DNA of 64,000 nt from Candidatus Portnoybacteria bacterium RBG_19FT_COMBO_36_7. GTDB lineage: Bacteria; Patescibacteriota; Minisyncoccia; Portnoybacterales; GWB1-42-6. The notes below the pieces were generated by a model, which saw nothing but the letters and a program-made list of their open reading frames with translations, did not search any database and was not told where the DNA came from. The first letter of the stretch is position 1. Every line of letters starts with the position of its first letter. Made by a program: the position numbers and the translations under genes. The DNA lies in contig MHMW01000021.1 of NCBI GenBank assembly GCA_001819495.1, positions 10,706 through 74,705 on the forward strand. The letters run 5' to 3'. Shown here in pieces: positions 26,017 through 35,899 of the stretch.

Positions 26017-26291
26017 ATGAAAAGGGCTGTCCGCTCGACAGCCCCAAAATTACTTCATTTCCTTGAATATCTTTAAAAGAACTCCCAGAATCAATGGATA
26101 CCTGCATGCTTTTGTCCAAAATTTAGCCACCCAATTCGGCCATTTTCTAACCAAAATCTCTTCGGCTTTTACTGCAAACTTTCTTGTTCCCATGTCTATC
26201 CCCTCCTCTTTTTTGATTGATAAAAAAGAAAAAAATAAATATCCCTTATCAGAAATAAAGGACATTTATTTTATCCCTAAACTGAATAAGC

Positions 26292-26849
26292 TTAGAATTT
26301 CACCTGAACGGGTTCTTTTTCTGCCTCACCTTTTATTTCAAAAAATTCTGCTGATTTGAAACTAAAGATTTTGGCGACTATATTGGAAGGAAAAACCTCC
26401 AAAGCAGTGTTTAAATCCCTGACATTGCCGTTGTAAAATCTCCTGGCTGCCTGAATTTTATTCTCTGTGTCGGCCAACTCTTCCTGAAGTTTTGAAAAAT
26501 TCTCAGAGGCTCTCAGCTGGGGATATGCTTCCGCTACCGCAAACAGGGATTTTAGCGCGCCTGACAGCATATTCTCGGCTTCTGCTTTTTGAGCCGCGCC
26601 TTGCGCCGAAATCGCCTGAGCGCGGGCACGAGTCACGTTTTCAAAAGCTTCCCGCTCGTGAGTCGCGTAACCCTTGACTGTTTCTACCAGATTGGGAATC
26701 AAATCATAGCGCCTTTTCAGCTGGACATCAATATCTGACCAGGCTTCTTCTGTCCTCTTTTTTAACCTGATGAAACGGTTATAAGCGACGACAAGCCACA
26801 AAATGATAGCAGCTAACGCCGCTATGATGACTGAAGTGTATATTGGCAT
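26292..26849 (-). CDS. LemA-family membrane protein
   Basis: N-terminal TM helix, then NRFIRLKKRTEEAWSDIDVQLKRRYDLIPNLVETVKGYATHE. Confidence 0.8.
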   Translation of the reverse strand: MPIYTSVIIAALAAIILWLVVAYNRFIRLKKRTEEAWSDIDVQLKRRYDLIPNLVETVKGYATHEREAFENVTRARAQAISAQGAAQKAEAENMLSGALKSLFAVAEAYPQLRASENFSKLQEELADTENKIQAARRFYNGNVRDLNTALEVFPSNIVAKIFSFKSAEFFEIKGEAEKEPVQVKF

Positions 26850-26929
26850 AGGTTTTAAAAATTTAATTATTAAAAATCTGCCTGATTAAATTATAATTTT
26901 ATTTACTGGTAAAGTCAATGTTTTAAATC

Positions 26930-27769
26930 TTAAAGTTTTTGGCATTTTGGACAAAAATGAGCCGAGCGGCCGCTGATTTTTAAGCGCTGGACAAAACCGG
27001 AACATTTTTTGCATCTTTGCCCTTCCCGGCCGTAAACTTTAAGATGCGACACATATTCCCCTTCTTGGCCTCGCGCGTCTAGATAATCGTTGTCCGAAGA
27101 ACCCCGAAGCGTCAGTGCTTCGGACAAAATTTTTTTTATGCCTTGAAAGATTTTTTTGATTTCGTCTGATTTTAAATCTTCTACGCGGTGCAACGGATGA
27201 ATTCTGGCAAAAAATAAAATCTCATCTGAATAGATGTTGCCGATGCCCGCGATATTTTTCGGGTCCATCAAGAACTGTTTTATTTTTGCCTTAGGCCGCT
27301 TTCTCAGAATTGCCGCAAAATCGTCAAGAGCGAAATCTTTATCCAGTGGCTCGGGCCCCAATTTTTCTTTTTCAAAGAAATCCACCAACTTATCCGTTTT
27401 TACTGCTTTGACATAGCCGAACTGCCGAAGATCGTTGTGAAAAAGCCGGCTGCCGTCGGAAAACCAATAAATCAGGTGATTCCACTTTTTGTCCTGGTCC
27501 TGCAGTTTCTCGTTTTTTTGGCGGAAAATCAGTCGGCCAGACAGTTTTAAGTGTATAAGCAAGCTCCAACCGTTTGATAATTCAATTATTAAAATTTTGG
27601 CGCGTCGCGCCAAGCATTTTATTTTTGCGCCTAATATGATTTTTTTAAATTCAACCAAAGAAAGCTTAACCATTTTTGGCAAGCTAACCTGGACTTTTTT
27701 GATTTTTTTACCCGCCATCAATCTGTTAAGCTGGGTTCGGATTGTCTCGACTTCCGGAAGCTCAGGCAT
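26930..27769 (-). CDS. mutM: Formamidopyrimidine-DNA glycosylase (Fpg/Nei family)
   Basis: MPELPEVETIR (catalytic P2/E3), H2TH region, C-terminal zinc finger CKKC...CPKC. Confidence 0.85.
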   Translation of the reverse strand: MPELPEVETIRTQLNRLMAGKKIKKVQVSLPKMVKLSLVEFKKIILGAKIKCLARRAKILIIELSNGWSLLIHLKLSGRLIFRQKNEKLQDQDKKWNHLIYWFSDGSRLFHNDLRQFGYVKAVKTDKLVDFFEKEKLGPEPLDKDFALDDFAAILRKRPKAKIKQFLMDPKNIAGIGNIYSDEILFFARIHPLHRVEDLKSDEIKKIFQGIKKILSEALTLRGSSDNDYLDARGQEGEYVSHLKVYGREGQRCKKCSGFVQRLKISGRSAHFCPKCQKL

Positions 27770-27779
27770 ATTTGGCAGT

Positions 27780-28292
27780 TTAAAAATAATATCCTTTTAT
27801 TTTACGCTTCAATTTTTCCGGCGAAGGCACAAACATCCATTCATAATAAATGCGCCTGGCGTTCTTAATATGCGGACCTTCAAAATCAAACCAGACTTTT
27901 TTGAAAGCCTCAATCAGGATCTTTCTGGCCCGCCCTATCTCCGGATCGGCTAAATATATATGCTGCCTGTCTATGCCGATTATTACAGAATAATGGCCTT
28001 CATAATGTTCGCCGTACAAAGAGAACCAGTCCACCAAAACCGGCTTTCTTTTTTTCAAAAAATATCTGATATCGCCAATCGTAGAATTCTCTTTCCAGAA
28101 ACCATGCCAGCCCAAAGATTTGACCGCCCCAATTAAACTTTCGGGAGACGCCCCTTCCCGGGCGCTGGTTCCACTTTTTCTGCCTAAGCCCTGTTCGCTG
28201 ATTTTAAATCCGTAAAAATTCAAAATCGTCCGAAGGGCGGCTGGCCCGCAATATCCCGTTTTTGTTTGTTCAAAAATTTTAAGTTTGATCAT
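27780..28292 (-). CDS. Standalone peptidase C39-like (papain-fold) domain protein
   Basis: FEQTKTGYCGPAALRTILNFYG (C39 Q...CGPAAL signature with catalytic Cys) and GHYSVIIGID...DP (catalytic His/Asp). Confidence 0.6.
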   Translation of the reverse strand: MIKLKIFEQTKTGYCGPAALRTILNFYGFKISEQGLGRKSGTSAREGASPESLIGAVKSLGWHGFWKENSTIGDIRYFLKKRKPVLVDWFSLYGEHYEGHYSVIIGIDRQHIYLADPEIGRARKILIEAFKKVWFDFEGPHIKNARRIYYEWMFVPSPEKLKRKIKGYYF

Positions 28293-28362
28293 TTTTTATA
28301 AGCACTTATGTTTTTATTCTTCCCATAAACTTGGATTTTATCATAGCACCAAAAATAAAAAA

Positions 28363-28392
28363 ATAAAAGAGCTTCTTTTAAAAGAAGCTCTC
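28363..28392. terminator. Hairpin terminator
   Basis: aaaagagcttcttttaaaagaagctctc. Confidence 0.45.
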
Positions 28393-28519
28393 GCTAATTA
28401 TCTTTCAATATCTTCTCCGAATTATTTGTGCTTTAGATATTTCATCGCCTGTTCTACCCTTTCTTTACGCGAGCCGGCAATAATAAAGAATTTTATTCCC
28501 ATTTTTTAAGGCAAATAAA

Positions 28520-29758
28520 TTATTCGTATCGCAACGCTTCTATCGGGTTTAATTTTGAGGCACGGCGGGCTGGATAAATGCCGAAAACAATGCCGATGAA
28601 GGCAGCAATGCCAAGGCCAAGCGCTATCCCGAGCAAAGAAATGCCGGTCGGCCAGTCCTGTCCCAGGAAATAACTTATTGTAATCGCCGACAATACAGAT
28701 AATACGATTCCGAGAAATATACCGATTGCCCCGCCAAGACAGGTCAGAATCACTGATTCAAACAAAAACTGCGTCAAAATGTCGCTGTTTTTGGCGCCGA
28801 CTGCTTTGCGCAGGCCAATCTCACGGGTGCGCTCGGTTACCGAAACCAGCATAATATTCATGATGCCGATGCCGCCGACTAACAGAGAAATGGCCGCCAC
28901 CGCTGCCAAAAAATAAGTCATGATGTTCGTAATGGTCTTGACCTGCTCCATTGCGCTGGCTTGAGTGCCAACGCTAAAATCGTCTTTTTCCGGATCGGTT
29001 ATATTATGAGAATTTCTCATCGTTATTTTTATATCCTCTGCCGTCCGATTAACTAAATCTTCTGATTCGGCTTCAACCAAAATATGCTGAAAATATTTTG
29101 TGCCAAAGATATACTGCTGAGCTGTTGTCCAGGGAATAAGGACAACATCATCAAAATTAACCATTGAAACCTGTCCTTTTTCAGATAATATTCCAATCAC
29201 CCTGTAATTCTTGCTGTTTATTTTTATTTTTTGTCCCATTGCCTCCGAAGAGCCGAAAAGCTCTTCTTTTACCTTTGAGCCTATAACAACTACATCGGCA
29301 AGATTTTTCACGTCATCATCATCCAGGGCTCTTCCTTTATCAATTTCTATGTCATATATCCTTATAAAACCGCTCCCGATTCCATAGATATTGACACTGT
29401 AAGTATCGGTCTGCGAAATAGCATTGGCGCTGCCAAACAACAAAGGCTCTACGTTTATAGCATAAGGAACATTCTCTTTTTTCTTCAGGGCAATCAGATC
29501 TTTTTCTTTCAAAGAGTCGCTGAATATCTGCATAACATCGTTAAACCCCTTGGGTTCGCGGCCTGGAGCTATCTCAATAACCTTGGCGCCCATTCCCTGG
29601 ATCTGTCCCAAAATTAAGTTTTGCGCTCCCTGCCCCAGCGACATAACAAAAATTATAGACATGATGCCTATTACAATTCCCAGCATAGTCAAAGCTGTCC
29701 TGCCTTTATTGACCTTGAGGGCCCTGGTGGCGCTTTTAAGAATATCTTTTGATGACAT
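28520..29758 (-). CDS. ABC transporter permease, MacB/FtsX family with a periplasmic MacB_PCD domain
   Basis: N-terminal TM helix, large periplasmic domain, three C-terminal TM helices (FtsX-type). Confidence 0.8.
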   Translation of the reverse strand: MSSKDILKSATRALKVNKGRTALTMLGIVIGIMSIIFVMSLGQGAQNLILGQIQGMGAKVIEIAPGREPKGFNDVMQIFSDSLKEKDLIALKKKENVPYAINVEPLLFGSANAISQTDTYSVNIYGIGSGFIRIYDIEIDKGRALDDDDVKNLADVVVIGSKVKEELFGSSEAMGQKIKINSKNYRVIGILSEKGQVSMVNFDDVVLIPWTTAQQYIFGTKYFQHILVEAESEDLVNRTAEDIKITMRNSHNITDPEKDDFSVGTQASAMEQVKTITNIMTYFLAAVAAISLLVGGIGIMNIMLVSVTERTREIGLRKAVGAKNSDILTQFLFESVILTCLGGAIGIFLGIVLSVLSAITISYFLGQDWPTGISLLGIALGLGIAAFIGIVFGIYPARRASKLNPIEALRYE

Positions 29759-29767
29759 TTTTTACTT

Positions 29768-30328
29768 TTATCTTTTTACCAGTTTGCGCTTTGCGTTAAA
29801 ATAAGTTACTAAATGTTTTCTCTTGTTCTTGGTGATGTATAAAGCGAAGTAAATAACCGCCAAAACACAAAAATTTATAGCCAAAATATAATTATTGTCT
29901 CCCCAGTTAATGGAATCAATACTAAAAGAAGACAGAGGATATAGAAATGGTGTAGCGAAATATTTGACGCTGTGAAAAGGAATATCAACTAAAATATGAA
30001 TGCCCCAGGCAGCCAGCGGCCACCATGGTTTTTTCAGGATCAGCCAAACAGCGATAAAAGCGATGGCAAAAAAAACAAGACTATGGCTAAAAGAATAAAG
30101 AGTCGGAATTATTTCTGGTCCCACCGGATTCAAATGTACCCTCGTGCTGTCAACGAAAGAAATACCCTTGAATATGGAAATTACGACATAAATGCCGTTT
30201 GAAAAAAGATCCGGCGCCACGGAAAAAATTATCGGCCACCAGATTTTTTTCTCTTTTCTATAAATTAAGCCTGTCCAGAGGCTGTGAGAAAAAATATCCA
30301 CAATATTAATGTAAAATTTAAAATGCAA
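29768..30328 (-). CDS. Hypothetical polytopic membrane protein inserted between the ABC permease and ATPase genes
   Basis: 5-6 hydrophobic helices; no recognisable motifs. Confidence 0.45.
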   Translation of the reverse strand: MHFKFYINIVDIFSHSLWTGLIYRKEKKIWWPIIFSVAPDLFSNGIYVVISIFKGISFVDSTRVHLNPVGPEIIPTLYSFSHSLVFFAIAFIAVWLILKKPWWPLAAWGIHILVDIPFHSVKYFATPFLYPLSSFSIDSINWGDNNYILAINFCVLAVIYFALYITKNKRKHLVTYFNAKRKLVKR

Positions 30329-30440
30329 AAATTAAAATGACAGATCAAAATTAAAAATTAGCTAATGCTAAAATCATTTTAAATTTTGCCCATTTTGCAT
30401 TTTACATTGTCGTTTTTAATTTTGATATTTGATTCTTGAA

Positions 30441-31151
30441 TTATTTAAGCTTTCCATCTCCTGCCCTGCGCCTGTGATTGACTATTTCATCTCCGATAAC
30501 GCAACCGTCTTTCATCTTAATGATCCGCTTGGCAAAACGCGCGGTTTCTGTTTCGTGGGTGACGACAACAATCGTGTGGCCTTTTTCGTTCAATTCCTCC
30601 AAAACCTGCATTATCTGCTCGCCTCCCTTTGAATCTAGGTTGCCGGTCGGCTCATCCGCCAAAATAAGCAAAGGATTATTGACCAGAGCCCTGGCAATCG
30701 CCACTCTCTGCTGTTCACCGCCGGACAACTGACTTGGCATATGATTTGCCCGATGCGACAAGCCAACAGCCGCAATCGCTGACTTAGCCGTATCCCCAAT
30801 CTTTTGTTTGTTCTCCTTATAAAAAAGAGGTAGCATAACGTTATCAAACACGCTGGTCCGCGGCAACAGATTATAGCTTTGAAAAACAAATCCAATTTTT
30901 TCATTCCTGATTTCAGCCAGCTGATCATCAGAAAATCTGGCAAAATTCTGGCCCTCAAACAAATACTGGCCGTATGTCGGCCGGTCTAAAAATCCTAATA
31001 TATGCATCAAAGTTGATTTTCCGCATCCCGAAGGCCCCATGATTGCGACAAATTCGCCTTTCTCAATTCTAAGGCTGATGCCGCAAAGGGCTTTGGTGAC
31101 TATTCCATCGCCGTATTCTTTGATAATATCCTTTGTCTCAATTATGACCAT
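30441..31151 (-). CDS. ABC transporter ATP-binding protein (MacB/LolD-like)
   Basis: GPSGCGKSTL (Walker A), LSGGEQQRVAIARAL (signature), LILADEPTGNLD (Walker B). Confidence 0.85.
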   Translation of the reverse strand: MVIIETKDIIKEYGDGIVTKALCGISLRIEKGEFVAIMGPSGCGKSTLMHILGFLDRPTYGQYLFEGQNFARFSDDQLAEIRNEKIGFVFQSYNLLPRTSVFDNVMLPLFYKENKQKIGDTAKSAIAAVGLSHRANHMPSQLSGGEQQRVAIARALVNNPLLILADEPTGNLDSKGGEQIMQVLEELNEKGHTIVVVTHETETARFAKRIIKMKDGCVIGDEIVNHRRRAGDGKLK

Positions 31152-31157
31152 CCTATT

Positions 31158-32819
31158 TTATTTGCTTATGGCAACGGCCTGTCCTTCAATAAGGCCGGAA
31201 ATTATTTCTACTTCTCCCTCGTTGTTTCTAATGCCGGTCTGAACCTCTTTTTCTTTTATCTGACCATTTTCCATGATTTTTACGATTTTGACATTGTTAT
31301 TTTGCTCAATTGCCCGCAAAGGAATAATTAAAGCGTTCTCGTGCCGGCTCGTTTCAATTTCAAGATTAGCCGTCATGCCTGCCTTTACTTTTGAATCGGT
31401 GCCGGACAAGCCGATAGTTATTTTGTAATAGACAACTCCCTGCACGACTGTCTGTGCCGGGTCAATTTTTATCACCTTGCCCTGCCACTTTTCATTTTCT
31501 CTGAAAGCGTCAAAAGTTATCTCTGCCGGGTTCCCCGCGATTATTTTAGCAATGTCTGATTCAGCGATATCTGATTTAATCTCAAAATCAGACAAACTGT
31601 TCATGGAAACAGCTGTCTGGCTGGAAAGCGCCATTTCTCCTTTTTCAAAAGGGATATCGGTGATTATGCCGTTGATGGGAGCGGTCAGACTTTTTTGGGC
31701 AACTTGATTTCTAGCCTGATTCAAATTGGCTTGCGCCTGCTTGACCTGCGCAGTGTAAAGGTCAATATCGGATTGACGAGGACTGGCCAGCTTGAGCGCC
31801 AGCTGACTTTGCGCAGTTGCCAAAGTTCCTTCTGCGCTGCTAAAAGCCGCCTGAGCCGTGTTTATGTTTGTTTGATTTGTGTTTTTTTGAGAAATGATCG
31901 TCTGCTGGGCAGCAACAAGGTTGGTCAAAGCGGTGTTCAAATTTGTCCGCGCAGCTGATATACTTGTTTTAAAAGCGTCCAGCTCTGTCTGGGTCAAGCT
32001 TGAAGATATTACCACCGAAAGCAAAACGTCATAAGTTCGGTTAAGCGCATTTATGGAAAAAGTGGCAGTCGTTTTTAATCTTTCCAGCGCGCTGTCGATG
32101 TCAGATTCGTTATAAGTTGAAGCTGCTGCGTTGATTGTCGGCAAAACCGAATTATAATCAAGCTCAGCCAGATATTTAAGATTTCTTGCATCTATCAAAG
32201 CCTGCGCATTAGAAGCTGTCTGATTAATATTCAATTCGGTAGAATCCAAAGTGTCTTTGTTTGTCTGTAAAGATGTCTGTGTTGTCAGCAAAGAAGAGCT
32301 CAACGTTCTTTGAGCATCCTCGTATACATGAGTGAGAGAAGCGGCCGCGGTTGCCTGCGCATTGGCTAAAGTTTTTTGCGCTTCTTCCAGATTTTTCTGG
32401 GCGTTGGCAACTGCAGTTTGCGCCACAGCGATGTCTTCGGCCGAAGCGCCGGCCAAAAGTTGAGAAAACTTTGCCTGGACAATTGCCAAAGCCGCTTCGT
32501 AGTTTTGAATCTGAAAAGCCAAATCGCTTGAATCCTGCGACATCAGAACCTGGCCGGCAGAAACTTTGTCGCCGACATTGGCTTTTATTTCTGTAATGCG
32601 GCCGGAGGCGACAAATTGAAGATTGATCTGGCTGGCCGGCTGGGCCGAGCCGGTGGCCGAAACCGTCTGAGCAATATCCCCTTTTTTGACCTTCACGAAA
32701 TCATAATCCGGTTCTTTCCCGCTTTGGTAACTCTGATAAAGCAAACCCAAATCGATTGCCAGCAATATAAAAAGACCGAGAATTATCAATTTTCTATGCT
32801 GCATAATGAAGTTTTTCAT
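31158..32819 (-). CDS. HlyD/MacA-family periplasmic adaptor (membrane fusion protein) with a long coiled-coil hairpin
   Basis: N-terminal TM helix, long Q/A-rich coiled coil, C-terminal beta-barrel/MP domain. Confidence 0.7.
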   Translation of the reverse strand: MKNFIMQHRKLIILGLFILLAIDLGLLYQSYQSGKEPDYDFVKVKKGDIAQTVSATGSAQPASQINLQFVASGRITEIKANVGDKVSAGQVLMSQDSSDLAFQIQNYEAALAIVQAKFSQLLAGASAEDIAVAQTAVANAQKNLEEAQKTLANAQATAAASLTHVYEDAQRTLSSSLLTTQTSLQTNKDTLDSTELNINQTASNAQALIDARNLKYLAELDYNSVLPTINAAASTYNESDIDSALERLKTTATFSINALNRTYDVLLSVVISSSLTQTELDAFKTSISAARTNLNTALTNLVAAQQTIISQKNTNQTNINTAQAAFSSAEGTLATAQSQLALKLASPRQSDIDLYTAQVKQAQANLNQARNQVAQKSLTAPINGIITDIPFEKGEMALSSQTAVSMNSLSDFEIKSDIAESDIAKIIAGNPAEITFDAFRENEKWQGKVIKIDPAQTVVQGVVYYKITIGLSGTDSKVKAGMTANLEIETSRHENALIIPLRAIEQNNNVKIVKIMENGQIKEKEVQTGIRNNEGEVEIISGLIEGQAVAISK

Positions 32820-32902
32820 TAAAGTTAATTAAAACAAAAAATGCTCAATATTTATGGCTCATATTGCCTTTAAATCATAATCTTTTTGCTCAAATAAGTC
32901 AA

Positions 32903-32992
32903 ACCTTGCCCGGTAGTGAAATTTCGGCATATTTTTTGAATTTAGCCCCGCCAGGCGGGGCCAGCCGAAATTCTACTACCGGGCTTGACATT
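32903..32992. repeat. Family-B inverted-repeat element, divergent copy (cccggtagtgaaatttcggc ... ccgaaattctactaccgggc), with core palindrome ccccgccaggcgggg
   Basis: See 19873-19990. Confidence 0.5.
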
Positions 32993-33015
32993 TCTTATAA
33001 ATCTGCTATAATATA
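32982..33015 (+). promoter_or_regulatory. Sigma-70-like promoter (TTGACA - 17 nt - TATAAT), followed by a ~240-nt structured leader
   Basis: cttgacatttcttataaatctgctataatatacc. Confidence 0.45.
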
Positions 33016-33258
33016 CCATTGTCCTCTCCCAAGCGGACTATAGCTCTATTTTGACCCCGTAATACAACTTTGGCTGTCGCGAAGCGACAATCAAATAAAT
33101 GCCGAAGTTGATATACGGGGTTGAGCCGAATAAGCTGAACAATCAGGCTTAAAAACCTGTTTAAATAATATCTTCTTTAAAAACTTAATAAGGGAAAATG
33201 ATCCCAAAAAATACAGAAAATTCAGATATGGCCGGAAAAGGCCGAAAGGAGGAAGAAA

Positions 33259-34353
33259 ATGACAGGTTTATTATTTTTTTTAGCGATTGTTGTATTTCTT
33301 TTAGGCGGAGCGATTCTGCAAGGATTAAGAAAGATCCCAGCCGAGCCGCCCCATATAGCCGTCGTAACTCGTTTTGGAAAAAGAACCGGCAAGGTGGAAA
33401 AGGAAGGGTGGCGATTTTTTCCGGGGTATCCATATTTTTATGGGTTCATTCTGGTTGATGTGACTAAAAAAAACCAGGATATGCCCAATGAAGTAGTCAG
33501 AACCCCTGATCTGGCGGAAATTAAAATTCCCGTCAGCATCACCTGGACGCCGCTGTCGAAAAATTTAATTGACTTCTTGAACTCCGGCGGAGAAAAAGGA
33601 GTCAAAGCGATCCTTGAAGATATTGTCAGGGAGCGCATCCGTGAATGGGCCATATCAGACGAAGAAGGCCCGGGCACATGGGAAGACGCCCTTAAATCAC
33701 GAGGGGATGCCGTAGCCATTTTGGTTAAGGCAATCATCGGGGAACAGTTACCACGCGTCCCTTCTTCAATTCCCACCTCGATTCTCTTAAAATATTTTGA
33801 CGAACCCCAGAAAAGTCCTATAAAATCGGAGTTAAAAAAATGGGGGCAAAATTGGGAGACAGTCACAAAAAAAATCGAGGAGGATTACAATAATCTTCCT
33901 CAGGATCAAAAAAGAACCCTGCAAGAATTTAATGCGGGGCTAAAAGAAAAAATTGAAGAAAGGAGAAAAATAATAAATAATATACGCCAAGGTAAGGGCG
34001 AACAAGAGATGCCTCAGCTGGGCATTATCCTCAATCGCCTCAACATCGGCGAAATGGCGGTCACCGGAGAAGTAGCCAAGGCCGCTGAATTCCGGGCTAA
34101 GGAAGAAAAAGAAAGAGAGGGAGAAATCCTGGAACTGGAGCATATCGCCAAAAGAGTCAATAAGTTGAAAAAAACCGGATTCTCGGGCGAGCAGTCCATC
34201 GAAATCCTCCAGACAGAAAGAGGCAAAGTAAAGAAACAAATCAACGAGAACAAGCTGAATATCTCGGAGGAAACCAGAAAGACTATTGAAAATATCGCGT
34301 CAGTACTGGGTTCTTTGCTAAAAAAAGGGGGTGACAAAAATGGCGGAAACTGA
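33259..34353 (+). CDS. SPFH/band-7 (stomatin/prohibitin/flotillin-like) membrane protein with a C-terminal coiled coil
   Basis: N-terminal TM helix, then IAVVTRFGKRTGKVEKEGWRFFPGYPYFYGFILVDVTKKNQDMPNEVVRTPDLAEIKIPVSITWTP (SPFH core pattern); K/E-rich C-terminus. Confidence 0.5.
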   Translation: MTGLLFFLAIVVFLLGGAILQGLRKIPAEPPHIAVVTRFGKRTGKVEKEGWRFFPGYPYFYGFILVDVTKKNQDMPNEVVRTPDLAEIKIPVSITWTPLSKNLIDFLNSGGEKGVKAILEDIVRERIREWAISDEEGPGTWEDALKSRGDAVAILVKAIIGEQLPRVPSSIPTSILLKYFDEPQKSPIKSELKKWGQNWETVTKKIEEDYNNLPQDQKRTLQEFNAGLKEKIEERRKIINNIRQGKGEQEMPQLGIILNRLNIGEMAVTGEVAKAAEFRAKEEKEREGEILELEHIAKRVNKLKKTGFSGEQSIEILQTERGKVKKQINENKLNISEETRKTIENIASVLGSLLKKGGDKNGGN

Positions 34354-34777
34354 GAAAGCGCCCAAATGGCTTTGGACAGGGTTAATTGTTGTTGTCGCTC
34401 TTCTGTTTATTGGCGGAATAATTAGTCTTATTCCTTCGCCTGAAGATAGAAAAGAGACTGACCGGTCTCCGCAAAGAGAAGCCGAAAAAAAGATTCAGGG
34501 AGAAGAGATAATTTCTGTCTCTCTCTCCTCGTCCACCTGGTCAAGCCCTGTGTATCTCAGAGCTTGCCGAAGCTTTGACATCGTCGGCCCAATCGGATCT
34601 TTATTCCGTCTGGACGCCGACGGTTTTGTGGGAAGGGTCGGAGAAGGCCACTTCCCTAATGATACCCGCTTTCAAGCGGGTATCAGGTTCAAAGGCCTTC
34701 CGGGAATGGAAGGCAGAAAAGTCTATATCAGGACATTCCCAATGAGGAATAATCCTGATATTGAAAAAATGCAATGA
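34340..34777 (+). CDS. Hypothetical membrane-anchored protein, translationally coupled to the SPFH gene (possible NfeD-like partner)
   Basis: It overlaps the SPFH stop by 14 nt. TM helix WLWTGLIVVVALLFIGGIISLI and a C-terminal beta-rich domain. Confidence 0.35.
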   Translation: MAETEKAPKWLWTGLIVVVALLFIGGIISLIPSPEDRKETDRSPQREAEKKIQGEEIISVSLSSSTWSSPVYLRACRSFDIVGPIGSLFRLDADGFVGRVGEGHFPNDTRFQAGIRFKGLPGMEGRKVYIRTFPMRNNPDIEKMQ

Positions 34778-35059
34778 GTTCAGGCCAGCGAAAAGATTCA
34801 AAAAAGAATCAATTCGCTGGCTTTTTTTTATTTGTCTGTCAAAAATTCCAAGTCGTAGGCGCTGGATTTTTTGGTACAGACAAATAACCCCGCACTTATT
34901 TTGACTCTCTTGAAATCATCTTTTTAAAGGTTAACTTAGTCTATCTAAAAATTTTGCAGACCGCGTGGCCGAATAGACCAAACTTTTTTGGGCGAAGCGG
35001 TCTGCCATGGGTTATTTTGCAAAATAAGTGCCGGGGCAATCTCCGAATAAAATCAAAAG

Positions 35060-35095
35060 CTAACGAAAGCAATTCCGTTAGCTTTTTAATTCAAA
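35060..35095. terminator. Bidirectional hairpin terminator
   Basis: aaaagctaacgaaagcaattccgttagcttttt. Confidence 0.5.
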
Positions 35096-35110
35096 TTTAT
35101 AAATTGTATT

Positions 35111-35443
35111 TTATGCCTGTAAGAAGCTTGCCACCAATTCCCAGATTCCAAAGGCCAATATCGCAACGCCAACACCCACCAAGCCGTAAATGAAAGCTCT
35201 TTTAGCTTTTCCGATTTTTTCCTCATCTCCCGCAGCAGTCATATAAAGAAATGCGGCATAAAGTATTACGAAAATACCTACTATAAAGATAATCGCAGCA
35301 AACCATGTTAAAATGGTATTTAACAAATCTAGAATTCCCCCTCTGGTCAAAGTAACACTCGGTAACGTGCCTGTCTGAGCCAAAGCAACTGCCGGCAGAA
35401 TTTGAGCTGCCAAAATCGCTCCCAGATATTTAATTTTTCTCAT
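35111..35443 (-). CDS. TrbC/VirB2-like pilin paralog 1 (signal peptide plus two TM helices)
   Basis: Signal peptide MRKIKYLGAILAAQILPAVALAQ; conserved LYAAFLYMTAAGDEEKIGKAKRAFIYGLVGVGVAI. Confidence 0.5.
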   Translation of the reverse strand: MRKIKYLGAILAAQILPAVALAQTGTLPSVTLTRGGILDLLNTILTWFAAIIFIVGIFVILYAAFLYMTAAGDEEKIGKAKRAFIYGLVGVGVAILAFGIWELVASFLQA

Positions 35444-35522
35444 TTTCTATCTCACCTCCTTTCAAATAAAAATTTTAATACTAATATTTATCAATTGGTA
35501 AAATTGCGATGTTTTTTTATCG

Positions 35523-35864
35523 TCAAGTCAGCAAGCTCTCAACCGCGTCCCAAATTCCATAAGCAAGCATGGCGACAATAATACCGACAATACCATAAAT
35601 AAAGGTTTTTTTAGCTTTCTCAATTCTGCTGTCGTCCCCTCCTGATGTCATGTATAAAAATGCGGCGTAAAGAATACAGGCAATACCTAGTATAAAAATA
35701 ATTTGGGCAAACCATGTTTTAATCTGATCAAATAACTCAACAAGTCTATCTGCCGTTAAATCAATCTGCGGCGGCTCATTGCCTTGGGCTGAAGCAATCA
35801 CGGGCAGCATTAGAATCGTTATGACAGAAATTATTAATAAATATCTTAAAATTTTTTTCTTCAT
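35523..35864 (-). CDS. TrbC/VirB2-like pilin paralog 2
   Basis: LYAAFLYMTSGGDDSRIEKAKKTFIYGIVGIIVAM. Confidence 0.5.
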   Translation of the reverse strand: MKKKILRYLLIISVITILMLPVIASAQGNEPPQIDLTADRLVELFDQIKTWFAQIIFILGIACILYAAFLYMTSGGDDSRIEKAKKTFIYGIVGIIVAMLAYGIWDAVESLLT

Positions 35865-35899
35865 ATGTTTATTGTTTCCTTCTTATTATTTATTATTTT

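Noticed and set aside
25724-26020. Plus-strand 98-aa hydrophobic ORF
   Set aside because: It overlaps in antisense the small basic (bL32-like) protein on the minus strand, which has the better start context. Hydrophobic shadow ORFs are common in AT-rich DNA.
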